Assembly: GCF_000143415.4 (NCBI RefSeq)
Contig: NW_003314286.1
Location: forward strand, 1,673,718 to 1,737,717
From: Selaginella moellendorffii
Taxonomy: Eukaryota; Plantae; Lycopodiophyta
DNA: 64,000 nucleotides
Direction: 5' to 3'
Shown here: positions 12,307-23,393 of the stretch, one piece after another
Layout: every line of letters begins with the position of its first letter
Numbering within the stretch: position 1 is the stretch's first letter
Position numbers and translations under genes: made by a program
Notes under the pieces: generated by a model
Databases searched by the model: none
Seen by the model: the letters and a program-made list of their open reading frames with translations, nothing else
What the model was told of the DNA's origin: nothing

Positions 12307-12632
12307 GATCAATCCCTCGCGCTCGTCCGCAAAACCCTACTACATAGGCGCGAAATACAAAAGCCCTTTTACTTATATACAATATTCTTGCATCTTTTAA
12401 CATTAAGCTCTCGTTTTATCTTTAATTGGTACAATGGTTTTCTATACACTGGGATATTGGATTTGTCCCAAACAAATCAACACGAAACTCTCGATCGACT
12501 TGCGTCTATACGAACGATTCTTCTATCCTCTTTTATCATCGTGCTAGCTGGTCGTGAAAATCCTGGCACAAAAATACCAAGCACAAAAGAAACCAAGCAT
12601 TGTTAGAGCTCGACCTATCGAGAAGACAACTT

Positions 12633-14906
12633 TCACAGTACCTTGAGCAAAGAGACATCGTCGTTCGCTTCCTTCGAAGAAGAGCTGCTTCTCGAGCTCA
12701 AGCTTCCGCTGGACGAGTGTTCCCGAGTCAGGTAAAGAGATCCCCTCGTCAGAGTGGAAAAGTCTGGAGGAAATGGATCTCTGATCTCGCTGGCGCTGCT
12801 CTGAGAAGAATCGGACGTGACTGGAGGACCAACACGGAGCTTGTTGATGCGCTCGAGCCGGTCTTGGACTTCCATGGAAAGATGGCCAAAGCACGTCACG
12901 CAGACGCAAGTGCTGTCGAGGCCGCACCTCCCAACGGGACCATGAGGAGAAATCCGAGTGTGCTTGACGCAAAACACTCGCTGACACTCCCGGCAGTAGT
13001 GCTTGCTAAATCTCATTCGCCAGTCCGTCGGGTTGTACCACCGATCAAAGCGATGCTTACAGCCATCGTAGTTGCAACTGCAGAGTCACACGGCTTCGGT
13101 TAAGTCCGCTGGTGAAAAAACGACCGAACTCAAGGCTTACCGGTGCCGCCTTCTTTGCTTGAGAGCGGAGGCTTCCAGCTCTCTCAAGGAACCGCCGGCG
13201 CTTCGTTCGCTTTCATTTAGATTCGCAGGCGAGGAAAGAGACCGAGCTTCCACCGTTTGTCCCGAGTCCGCACTGTCCTCTAAAGCATCCAGTTCCATCG
13301 CGCTGGACGACTTGCCCAGTTTGGTGAGGGTGCTGGCCATGCTGACAAATGTTCTCGCTATGTCCAGCTTCTTGCTCTCGTTTAACTGGGCGTTTTGAAT
13401 AGCGGCGAGCATCTCATCTATGGTGCAGTCTGGAGTCGAGTATCCTATAGCGTCACGGAAGCTGTCGCTGGGACTGAGAACTTTTTCCTCCATGCATTCC
13501 GTCGACCTTAGTTGCGGGCAAGCTTGCTTCGACAAGATAAAAACCTTCCGCTGTACTGACAGCCATCCCCGGCATAGCGACACGAAACCACGAGCCAATG
13601 TTCTCAGCCAAAAGCTTTCACTGTCCCGAGCCGCATAAACTGTCAAAGTCGCACGCTTGAAGAACTTTCTCAGCACAACCACTGCGGCCAGCGTCATGCG
13701 GAAAAAGAAGCTCTGCCTTGAAAGAACTCCCAAGAGAAAAAGGCCGCCATTGACAGACCATATCCATCCCCAAGGAGTAGTGCTCGTCTCGACCGATTCT
13801 TGCTGCTTGAGGTTCACCACCTTCGCACCATGAACTAGTGACGCAGGAACGAAGTCCGAATTCTTTGCAACCGGATTCAATGTAACGGAGCGAGGTGACG
13901 CTGTGCAGTTGGTGATAGTAACCCTCTCGGACGGACCATGACCACCCCAAGATTGCATCCTGTAAGAATAAGCCTTTCCCAGGAACAACTCGTCGCTGTC
14001 AAAAAATGAAGTCTCTTTCGTATCGGCCAGTGGCAACCACGCCGATGCTGCCCCGGACCACCTATAGAGCCGATACTTATGAAACGGTGGATATCCAGCA
14101 GTCGCCGGAGGCTCCCAGTTGATCTGAATGCCACCACAACTCGAAGGTTGGCAACGCATTCCCTGAGGAGCACCGGGAGTGGTTCCAAACCCGAAGATCA
14201 GACGGACAATGGCACCTGTTATCTTCCTCCGGTGCAACGAGCTCGACACTCCAAGTTCTTCCGCAAGAGCACGGCCGTCGTTCTCAATGAGCGAAAGGAA
14301 GTCAAGCCCGTTGATGGCGTTTCGTTGGAAGGCATCCGCATACTGTGGAAGCTGCAAGCCGTGTGAGACCCAGTTCACAACCGTATCAGCTGTGAGCATA
14401 TTTTGCAAGTGATCCTGTTATAGTTTGACACGGTAAGTGTTACGTAAAGCCAAAAAAGAAAAATTCAACGATTCACCTTCATCTCCTCGGAAGAAATTGT
14501 TTTTCCTCCATAGCTAAACTCAAAGTTTGGCCCAACAGGAGGAGCATCCCTTGACGAACCCCCGGCCTCTTCTTTAACATCAGACGAAGCGTCCAGTTCG
14601 GAAAGAAACTGGACCACAAATAAAAAGAGTGGTGTTGAAAAATCTTCCAAACAAGTGGCGCATACCTTAGTCGCTTCATGACGCTCGATCTGTCCATCCC
14701 CGTCTCGATCGACCGAGCAAAAGAATTTGTGTAGATTGTAAATCGTGCCTGTCTCACACACACACACGAAATCCCTGAATGAGAACGCGAATCACTGCTC
14801 ATTTCGGACAGAATGCACCTCTGGCGGAATGGCAAGTAGAAATCCTGGCGAGCAGCGCAAGAACTAGAAGAATCCAGAAAATCTTGGGGCAGCCCCAGCG
14901 GCTCAT
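12633..14906 (-). CDS. STIM-like EF-hand/SAM membrane protein with FN3 domain and C-terminal FYVE/AN1-like zinc finger
   Basis: Exons 14906-14819, 14748-14666, 14608-14477, 14414-13141 and 13077-12633 are joined by GT-AG introns of 70, 57, 62 and 63 nt that keep frame. Elements: signal peptide, EF loop DRDGDGQIERHE, SAM (VVNWVSHGLQLPQYADAF...HRRKI...LIFG), FN3 (PGAPQG...INWEPP...YRLYRW...YSYRMQSW), hydrophobic segment, and CNYDGC...KHYCRECQRVFCVKH...CVCVTC. Confidence 0.8.
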
Positions 14907-15549
14907 CGGCCGAACCATCTGATCAATTCAGGCCAAAGAGACAGCCACATTCACCCCCACGCGATCGCCACAGCGGCGCCAGGAGCGCGTACCTGGAGCG
15001 TCCGGAGGAGGATCGCTGCCCGTGACGAAGCCGATCATCGAGCCGGCCCTCGGCACCTATATACAAGCCTCCATTAGGGAAAGCTATTGGCTAAGTGACG
15101 AAAAAGTAAAAGATCGCAGCCGTCCAGCCAGGCATCACGGGCCGTCGATTGGGTCCCTCTTGCCGGGGTTTTAGCCTGGGGGAGCTGACTCTCAATGGTA
15201 CATGTGTGCAACGTGAGATCGATTCTTTTCGCTACCTACGTATCCAGCATGGTGGAAGCAATCACCTCTTGACAGCTCTGATGTTTACATTGTTCACGAA
15301 AATGATTTGGTCAATCTTATCGAACAGATCCAGAAAATGCCTGGAACTCAAACGATAAAAAAGCTTTGATAAAATCTCTTTCGGTGATGCTATGTGATCA
15401 CCACCATCGCTACTAGCCGCCTGTACTACACGAAGATCTCGTCCGAAAGGAACGGCTGTGATTGGGCAGCGAACGGTTGTGGCCCCTTTTCCGCGCCAAC
15501 AGAGTTTTTAGATCTTTAGGTCAGCCAATCCCGGGAGAAGGATCGATCA

Positions 15550-16366
15550 ATGGCGTCCGCGAATGCGCCCTACGCGACGCTGTACAACCAGCCCAAGTAC
15601 GAGTCTCGCAAGCAGGCGGACTTACCGCCGTGGGAGAAGGAGCAGTGGGCGTGGAAGAAGAGCAAGACATGTAACAGCGGCGGACCCAATGTGGGCGCGA
15701 CGCCCGACTTGATCACGCCCGAGCCGCTACCGCCCGCGGTACCGCCGGCGGTAAGCCCGGTGCCGTGCGCCCAGTCGGCCCCCTTTGGGACCGAGGAGAA
15801 CATGGCCAACCACACGGACAAGGTACGCTCGCGACACGTGTTAGGTTTGAAGTAGGGATGTGTTGAGATATCCCACATGCACTGGCGTGGAACCAGGGCA
15901 GGGTGTGGGTATAAAGAGCGAGGGTTCAGTCGGGAGATATTATAGAGCCGTGTGGTCAGCGCAAAGCGAACTATTCTTTCGCCTTTTACTAAAGAATACC
16001 GTGTGCTGGCCACATTAAAGCGGCATATCAAAATTTTTGGGCCGCCTCTGCAAAGGGGCACCAACAAATCTAAATCACTAAGAAGGAAAGCCAGTTCTTG
16101 GGAGATAGTTCTTGTTCTTAAGATCTGTTTCTTTGGATCTTACTTTGATGGTTTGTCTTGCAGCCTGATGCCGATACCATTGCGGAGAACAACAGGGCTC
16201 CGTGGGAGCGAGAAGAGAGCCCCTACTTCTCCAAAGTGGTCAGTGGATCAATCGAAACCCAATCTAAACAAAAAATCAAGACCAACGGTGATGACCCTTT
16301 ATCGTGTAGTTTATGAGCTCTGCGACGCCCCCGCCGTCTTACCTCCACACTGCGCGTTGGAGGTGA
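15550..16366 (+). CDS. Small (~134 aa) Pro-rich protein of unknown function; 3 exons; intron 1 hosts a U5 snRNA gene
   Basis: Exon 1 MASANAPYATLYNQPKY...NHTDK (donor gtacgc at 15823); exon 2 PDADTIAENNRAPWEREESPYFSKV; exon 3 FMSSATPPPSYLHTARWR-stop. Splice phases are consistent. Confidence 0.6.
15870..15917 (+). promoter_or_regulatory. Plant snRNA promoter: USE (ATCCCACATGC) + TATA box (TATAAAGA)
   Basis: USE close to the RTCCCACATCG consensus at 15870-15880 and TATA at 15910. The ~30-bp spacing is Pol II type, and both lie directly upstream of U5. Confidence 0.85.
15942..16062 (+). ncRNA. U5: U5 spliceosomal snRNA
   Basis: Invariant loop I context GAACTATTCTTTCGCCTTTTACTAAAGAATACCGTG, Sm site AATTTTTG at about 16032, 3' hairpin (CCTCT..GCAA..AGGGG), and USE/TATA upstream; ends approximate. 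Confidence 0.95.
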
Positions 16367-16641
16367 TCAAAGGAAGAAGAAATCGAAGCTCGGCATTGTA
16401 CGGATATAAACATTCCGTACAGTTGCCGCTAAGCTGGCATTATTTACCTAGCTTTCTTCGTGCGTGCGCTGGGACAAGTAAATAGCCGAGGTGATCCAGA
16501 AGCAGCGGTAGAAGACCAATGACGATAAATGGAATAGATCGCGAGAATTTGATTTCCCTGTTGATCAATGCCAGGTTTTGTTCGCTTATATTTGTGTTGT
16601 GGTAACAACGGGACGAGTGGGGTAGGGTTTTTGGCGATGCA

Positions 16642-17912
16642 ATGCTGCGCGTCCCGGGGGTGAGTCTCGTCCCCATCGCCACGATCCAGGGTGGAAAGTC
16701 GAGGCACAAAACGCGAGATTTCGCTGCGCGATCCTCCTGTCTGGTTTGTGGATCTGTCGCGAGAGAGAAGCAATTGCGAGGTTTGCTAACGCTTGCTTAT
16801 GTAGGGAAATGAGAATGGTGGTTCCGCTTCCTCAGGGGGTGGTAAATCTTTCTTCGTGGCTCGATCGATTCGAGAATTTTGCTCTAAAGGTCCAATCTTC
16901 CTTGCAGGACGCGACGGAGTGACGAGGGTGAAGTTCGTGCTACAGAGACAATGCATGTTTGGCGAGCATTTCAAAGTGATTGGCGGCCATCCAGCGCTGG
17001 GCGAGTGGGATCCCAGGGCAGCGATACCTCTAGAGTGGTCTGATGGTCACAATTGGACGACAGAACTAGTAAGCACCACTCTAGGACGTAAGTGTGGAGT
17101 GGATTTCTTCGTTTCTCTTCGTCACCCTGATTGCGTGTTTCTTGCTCAGGACGTGCCACAGGGGAGCGTCTTCGAGTATAAGTTCGTATTGCAATGTCAG
17201 AATGGATGGATTCACTGGCAGCCCGGCCCCAACCGCGTCTTCTCGACGCCGGAAAAGAAGCCGTCGCTGGTTGTCTCCCAGACTTGGGATTTTGATGCCA
17301 AGGGTATGGAAGACGGCGACGCCACTGAAGCTCGAGAGGAAAGTTTATCAGGTGCTGAAGCAGCTCGTGGAAAGAACATGCTGGAAACTGAAGCTCCACA
17401 GGAAACCATGCCAGATACAAGAGCTCGAGAGGAAAGTTTATCAGGTGCTGAAGAAGCTCGTGAAAAGAGCATGCTAGAAACTGAAGCTCCACAGGAAACC
17501 ATGCCAGATACAGAAGCTCGAGAGGAAGGCACGGCCTTGGCTAGCGAGGGTGGAGATCAAGCAGCCATTTCTTCCCTGGAATCAAGACAGCTTGGTGAGC
17601 AAGCAGGATCAGACAGTGAACAAGAAGAACAAGAAGAACAAGAACAAGCTTTTGAGGCCTTGACGCAGTGCATCGAACTCCCTGGTGGTCGTCCTGATAC
17701 TCTTCCCAATTTCGACAGCGCGAAAGTATGTTGCTTCTTTCTTTTCCTTTGCTTTTGGTGGCATGAGCTTTGCATTCCAGGAGAGGAATGTGATCGAGCT
17801 GCAAGTTTCAGAGGTTCGTGTGGAGCCTCAGCTCCAGCCTACAAAACTCACCGTGTGGCAGAGGGATCGTGCCTGGTTTTCAAAAGTGCTTTCATTCGTT
17901 TTTAAAAGATGA
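16642..17912 (+). CDS. CBM20 starch-binding domain protein with acidic repeat region (probable plastid transit peptide; 5' exons uncertain)
   Basis: VKFVLQRQCMFGEHFKVIGGHPALGEWDPRAAIPLEWSDGHNWTTEL|DVPQGSVFEYKFVL...HWQPGPNR fits the CBM20 pattern; last exon ends ...SFVFKR-stop at 17912. Confidence 0.85.
17327..17530 (+). repeat. 93-bp coding tandem repeat (~2.2 copies; 31 aa)
   Basis: Units start at 17327, 17420 and 17513 (EAREESLSGAEAARGKNMLETEAPQETMPDT). Confidence 0.95.
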
Positions 17913-18959
17913 CAAGGTCTCGTGGTTTACTTCTGTGTTTGCGAGATCGTTATTCGCATGAAGTCGATGAGCGCACAGAGGCGGCCAAAGAATTTAGTGT
18001 CGAATGCCGCATAGGAGTGTAATACATGTTTGCAGCAAATACGCCGAGAGATTTAAATATCTATAATAATGATTTTTTTAACCACGTCTTGATGTTTGCT
18101 CTCAAGGTTGTTAATTGCAGTGTGAAGCGAAGAGTGTGTTATGAATGTCTAGATCTGGGCAAAAAAAAGTTTAAAAGACAAAGGAAATCCAATCAATGGT
18201 ATTCTAGTATTACTAAAGCATCAAAGAGGCTTCAAACTAAATTGGATACTAAACTGTGTAGGGAGTTGGGAGTTTCATTAGGACTTACAAACATCTCACT
18301 ATCATTTTCTTGGGATTGTATACACGAAAAATAAAATTTATTTGGCCATATTCTAAAAGTTTCAAGAAAGATGAATCTTATAAGCCTTGGAATGTACTTC
18401 AAGCATGAATTCGAACTATAAACTACAAATTCCACTAAAGAAAAACATTGTGGACCCAATCACACTCCAGTGACCTTGAGGCTAAGAAGAACAGTTAGTG
18501 AGCCACTCCTCTTGCTGCCTCCCTATTGCTCCCTATTGGACAACGGTCAGTTGAGTGTCAATGCTAGTTAACACATTGCATGTATAGTCCAAAGGTAAAT
18601 GTTTTGTTTATGTGTATTTTGTAGCTATATATACCTAATTATTATGCTTATAATTATTTCTTCAATTCTTCTTTAGATCTGGTTAAAGTGGAATATAACA
18701 ATTGTTGTGATACTATTCCAATTTAGTTTTCAATATAACAAAACTGGCAGTGTATACTGGGCAATTGCTAGTTACTATATGAGTGAACTATCATTTAAGT
18801 AGTAGTAAACAAAGTTTACATAAATAATTTATGAATGAATAAAATTCATAAACATATGTGTCCTCGATTCAAGGAGGAGAATAATGAGATGGTCACCAAG
18901 AATAGTCTTATAGTCTGCTCTACTTATCCATAGTGAGTCCAAATATCTCTATAACTGTT

Positions 18960-19410
18960 ATCTCTGTGAGCCAATACATGCTAGATCTAGGCCCAAGCAT
19001 GTTCAAACACTAACTAGTTTTTTATTCCTGTCATTTGGATCTCCAAGATAATCTGCATCTGCAAATCAAATGAGTTGAGAGCTCCCCTTGTCACCTGTGT
19101 TGCCGAGTACAAAAGACCCCAAGTGCTTGTCTCTTCAAGGTAGTGAAACATTTTCATTGGTGCAATTAGCTGGACAAACAAGAAGTAGTCCATGGTGGCA
19201 ACCTCAACAACATGAATCATGCATCAACCATCAAGCAAGTTATCTGGCTCAGTAAATTATTTCAGGACTTGGGAGTTGCACACACCTCTACATTGACTCA
19301 GCTCTACAATGACAATTCCTCAGCTGTGCTCACAATCTTGTACTTCATGGCAGCACAAAACACATTGAGGCCAGATTTCACATTATGTGGGATCATGTCT
19401 CCTGCCAGCA
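18960..19410 (+). mobile_element. Degenerate Ty1/Copia retrotransposon remnant (RT end / RNase H)
   Basis: Broken frames give VSQYM.., GAISWTNKK*SMVATSTT, KQVIWLSKLFQDLG..LYNDNSSA and H..TKHIEARFH, which are Copia RNase H signatures with stops and frameshifts. Confidence 0.8.
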
Positions 19411-19982
19411 AATATCTCTCAACCACAGGCACCACAAACTCTTGGAATGAGGAAAACACTTGGCTGGGCAGCCAAGTGTGTTTTACGCTTCTTTGTTTTC
19501 AGACAGCATATTCTCAGAAACTGCCTTTTGCATTACATATCCATCGAACTTTTTCCTGCGCTTATGAATGGGACAGATCCTGGTCGCAGGCTTCTTCAGC
19601 ACTACTCGCGTTTCATGATCAGCAGCACGGGACTTCGACACAGAAACGATTCTAGCAGGGTCCGCCGAATGCAACTGGAAAGGTAACTGCTCGGTTTTTA
19701 ACATGATGTTGGAAATGATTCTTCTTCTGTCAAGTGCAGCCAGACAATCTCCCAGTTTTCGAACTCAGCCCGGAAGTTAAAAGCGGGAGCGAACAGCTGA
19801 ATGTTTACGCCACCTAGGCTAGATGGAGATGAGAAACGAAGAAAGGAGACATCAGTTGCAATTGATCCAGTAAACCAACTCTCGGCTGTTGATGACGACG
19901 CTGTTCTCATAGAGGGGCATCACACGAGCTAGAGCAATGAGAAAACAAAATCCAAGGGATAATTTACAGGAAAACTTCCATG

Positions 19983-21944
19983 CTATGCCCTGGCGTGGAC
20001 GTTGGAGAGCAAAACGAAGGGGCCACCATCCTGGTTTTCCAGATTGTGAAGCTCCGTGGCTGCCAAAGATGCCTTTTGGACGTTCCCTTGCAATCCACAG
20101 GCGCTCAACACCGATCTCCACGATACAGTGCCAGGCTCAAAAGGCATCTCTAGAACAATCTCCTGCGCATCCGCAATCCTGCCCAGCCTCCCCAGCAGAT
20201 CGATCACGCAGTTAAAGTGGTCGACCACGGGAGCAATCTCAAAGTCGCCAACCATGGACGAAAACTCACAGCACGCGGTGGCCAGCATCCCGGCATGGCT
20301 GCATACGGATAGAACACACACGAAGCTAACCTCGTCCACTTCGATCCCTTCCAGCTCCATCTCCTTGAACAGCTGCAGCGTCTCCGCCCCTCGCTCGTTC
20401 TGCGCATACGCAGCCAGCATCGAGTTCCAAGCCACTCGCCCGCGATCCTCCATTCGATCAAAGATCTCCCTGGCGGCCTCGGGACACCCGCATTTCGCAA
20501 ACATGCTCACGAGCTTGGTGTCGATACCGGCGTCCGGCGGATGGACGAGTTCTTCCACGATCATGTGAATAATCTTGGCCTTCGTAGTGCAGGCGAGCCC
20601 GGAAGACGCATCTATGACTCCCATCAGTGCGGACTTGTCCGGATCGACGCCCTCCATCGCCATGCATTGGAAAACTTCGAATGCATCTCTGCTATGCCCG
20701 TTCTGGGCATACGCCCAAAGCATGGCCGACCATGTCAGCGTGTTTCGAATCGGCATGGATTGGAAGATGGAATGCGCTCGCCCCGGCAAGCCGGCCGATC
20801 CGTAAGCTGCGATTGCCGCCGTTGAGGATGCGACGTCCCAGTTCGGCATCCGGCAGTAGACAGCCTCAGCGTGAGCAAACTCCCCGTTCTCGGCATCTGC
20901 TGCAAGCATAGCGCTCCAAGAGACCAAGTTCCTCTCCGGCATGCTCGTGAAGAGGTATCTAGATTCCTTCAGATGCTCGCCCTTTCCTAGGGCCGTGACC
21001 ATTGCTGTGCTAGAAACCACATTGCTATGTGGGATCTTGGCGTAGATCTCTTTTACTCGATCCAAATCGCCCGCCTCAGCAAATGCCGTAAGAAGCGCGT
21101 TCCAAAATGGAAGATCTCTCCCGGTCGCCTGATTGAACAGCGCCATGGCCCGATCCAAATCGAGATTCCGAGCAAACCCCAGCATCATCGTGGTGCACGA
21201 CACGGCGTCACTTTCATCCATCGCCTCGAAAATCACCAACGCGCTGGCAAAATCCCCGTGCTCCACAAACGCGCTCATCATCGCGTTGCAGCTGGGCACA
21301 TTCCACTGCGGCATCCGGTGAAAGATCTCCTCCGCTTCTCTGAGATTCCCATTCTCGGCGTTCGCGACGATCATCGCCGTGCAAGGCACGACAGTGCGCT
21401 CGGGCATGGCATCAAACAAGATTCCCGCCTCTAAAAGATTCCCTGCCTGGGCATATGCTGTCACAACGATGCTCCACGAAACGACGTTGGCGACGGGCAT
21501 CCGTGCGAATAAACCGCGCGCTTCATCCACATAACCGCGCGCGCCATACGCCGTGATAACCACGTTCCAGACGACGATGCTGTGCCCGGGCATCTTAGCC
21601 AGTATATGCTTAGAATTAGCAAGATGCCCATTATGGGTATATGCCGTGACAAGGATTGTCCACGAGTAAACGTTTCTCTGGTGGATCGCATCAAATGCTT
21701 CGCGCGCTTCGATGACGCTGCCACAGCTGCCGTACATCTGGACGAGAAGATTCCCCACGAATCTTTCTCGATCCCGGCGGCCGTGGCGGGCGAGGAGGGA
21801 GTGGAGTTGCCTGCCCCTGGAGAGCGATCGCGCGCTGCCAAATTGCCTCAGCAGCTCGGCGCAGCGCTTCAGTTCTAGCTGGGGATCCGGTTCCTGAAGC
21901 TCGATTTTGGCTGCGATTGTAGCAATCGATCTCCGGAGTCCCAT
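19983..21944 (-). CDS. PLS-class PPR protein with E domain, no DYW (organellar RNA-editing specificity factor type)
   Basis: 653-aa intronless ORF with ~31-35-aa repeats (…NVVSW…M…AYAQ…G). It ends with CSHAG...HFNCVIDLLGRLG...MPFEPG..SWRSVLSAC...FVLLSN. Confidence 0.93.
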   Translation of the reverse strand: MGLRRSIATIAAKIELQEPDPQLELKRCAELLRQFGSARSLSRGRQLHSLLARHGRRDRERFVGNLLVQMYGSCGSVIEAREAFDAIHQRNVYSWTILVTAYTHNGHLANSKHILAKMPGHSIVVWNVVITAYGARGYVDEARGLFARMPVANVVSWSIVVTAYAQAGNLLEAGILFDAMPERTVVPCTAMIVANAENGNLREAEEIFHRMPQWNVPSCNAMMSAFVEHGDFASALVIFEAMDESDAVSCTTMMLGFARNLDLDRAMALFNQATGRDLPFWNALLTAFAEAGDLDRVKEIYAKIPHSNVVSSTAMVTALGKGEHLKESRYLFTSMPERNLVSWSAMLAADAENGEFAHAEAVYCRMPNWDVASSTAAIAAYGSAGLPGRAHSIFQSMPIRNTLTWSAMLWAYAQNGHSRDAFEVFQCMAMEGVDPDKSALMGVIDASSGLACTTKAKIIHMIVEELVHPPDAGIDTKLVSMFAKCGCPEAAREIFDRMEDRGRVAWNSMLAAYAQNERGAETLQLFKEMELEGIEVDEVSFVCVLSVCSHAGMLATACCEFSSMVGDFEIAPVVDHFNCVIDLLGRLGRIADAQEIVLEMPFEPGTVSWRSVLSACGLQGNVQKASLAATELHNLENQDGGPFVLLSNVHARA

Positions 21945-23335
21945 TCACTCCATGGTTGAGATCTAGGGTTCTCTCGTCGTGATCCAGTGGCGGCATTGGC
22001 AACTACCAGGCTCTGGACGAAGAAATCTCTTTGGGATCCAGTGGTAGCGAGGAAGATCCTCCATTCCAAGCTCCCAGCAGCAAAGGGCATAGTGGCAATG
22101 AGCTCGGCGGCATCTCGCGGGCGTCCTCCTCGGCACAGCGCATCGATCACACAGCAGTAGTGGCTCCTCCAAGGTGCGATTCCAAAATCCGTGCTCATGG
22201 ACGCGAAGCAATGCCGCGCCGCCGAGAATCTGCCCTCCCGGGCCAGCGCCGCGAGAACAGACACGAAGCATCCAGCGTCGGGAAGAACCTCCGCCATGAG
22301 CTTCATCCCATCGAAAATCTGGAGCACTCTTTTGGAATCTCCACTCTGGGCATTTGCTGCCAGCGCGGTGTTCCACGCGATTTCATCCTTTTGGTCCGGC
22401 ATTGCGGAGAAGAGCCGATTCATCGATCGGGTGTGTCCAGCCATGGCAAGCGCCACAAGCATCGCGCTCCAGGAGAAGAGATCCCGGGCAGGCATCGCCG
22501 CGAAGAACGAGCTTGCCTCTTCCAGATGCCCCGTTTGGGCAAATGCCGAGATCATGGAGTTCCAGGAGACAAGATCGTGAAACTCCATCGAATCAAAGAT
22601 GTGCTTCGAAGATTCTATTTGACCGTTTCGCGAGTACGCAACAAGCATTGCATTTTGTAGTGCTAGATCGTGTTCGTGTGATGAATCATAGATCGCCTTA
22701 GAGATCTCCAAATCCCCGCTCTGGGCAATTGCACTAAGGATTGCCGTCGAGGAGATCAAGTCCCACTCGGGCATGGAAGCGAAAACCTCCTTCGCCATCT
22801 CGCAGATGCCAGATTTTTCGCACGCTTGTAACAATGCTGTCCAGGAGATCAAACTTCGCATCGGCATCGCCAAGAACAGCGCCTCCGTTTCCTCCAGATG
22901 CCCCGCCTTGGCAAAAGCGCACGTCATTGCGTTCCAGGAGATCAAGCTCCGGTCCTCCATCTGATCAAACACCCTCTTCGCGGCGTCGAGATCGCCGTGC
23001 TGTGCGTGCGCGCAGAGCATCGCAGTGGCGGATATGAGATTCAGGAGCGGCATCCGGTGGAAGAATTCGGCGGTGTCGTGGTAGCAGTCGTTTGAGACGT
23101 AGGCGACGAACATAAAGTCCCAGGAGAAGGAATCGCGAGCGCCCATGGAGTCGAATATCCTCCTCGCGTTCCTAGCGCTCCCACAGCGCCCATACATTGC
23201 TATCAGATGGTTGCAAAGGAAGACATCGCAATGCTTGAGCTGGATCTCTTGCTCGATCCTCTGGGCTTGGCTCAAGTGTGAGCATCTCATCACCAATCTA
23301 ATGCATTCCTCTCTATCCATATTAAGTAGTTCCAT
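21875..23335 (-). CDS. PLS-class PPR protein with degenerate E domain; 3' end overlaps the next PPR ORF
   Basis: 486-aa intronless ORF with repeats such as DLVSWNSMISAFAQTGH; HYCCVIDALCRGG...MPF then a divergent tail. Confidence 0.85.
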   Translation of the reverse strand: MELLNMDREECIRLVMRCSHLSQAQRIEQEIQLKHCDVFLCNHLIAMYGRCGSARNARRIFDSMGARDSFSWDFMFVAYVSNDCYHDTAEFFHRMPLLNLISATAMLCAHAQHGDLDAAKRVFDQMEDRSLISWNAMTCAFAKAGHLEETEALFLAMPMRSLISWTALLQACEKSGICEMAKEVFASMPEWDLISSTAILSAIAQSGDLEISKAIYDSSHEHDLALQNAMLVAYSRNGQIESSKHIFDSMEFHDLVSWNSMISAFAQTGHLEEASSFFAAMPARDLFSWSAMLVALAMAGHTRSMNRLFSAMPDQKDEIAWNTALAANAQSGDSKRVLQIFDGMKLMAEVLPDAGCFVSVLAALAREGRFSAARHCFASMSTDFGIAPWRSHYCCVIDALCRGGRPRDAAELIATMPFAAGSLEWRIFLATTGSQRDFFVQSLVVANAATGSRRENPRSQPWSEWDSGDRLLQSQPKSSFRNRIPS

Positions 23336-23393
23336 GGCAAATCAGCAAGAAGTTCTTTCTTCTTCCTTCCTCTCCTTTCATTTCTTCAACACT

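Noticed and set aside
14776-14818. Alternative first-intron acceptor (TCATTCAG) in the STIM-like gene
   Set aside because: It puts the EF-hand exon out of frame; the acceptor at 14749 keeps frame
19450-19930. Possible gene fragment between the Copia remnant and the PPR gene
   Set aside because: Only short ORFs with no motif I can identify
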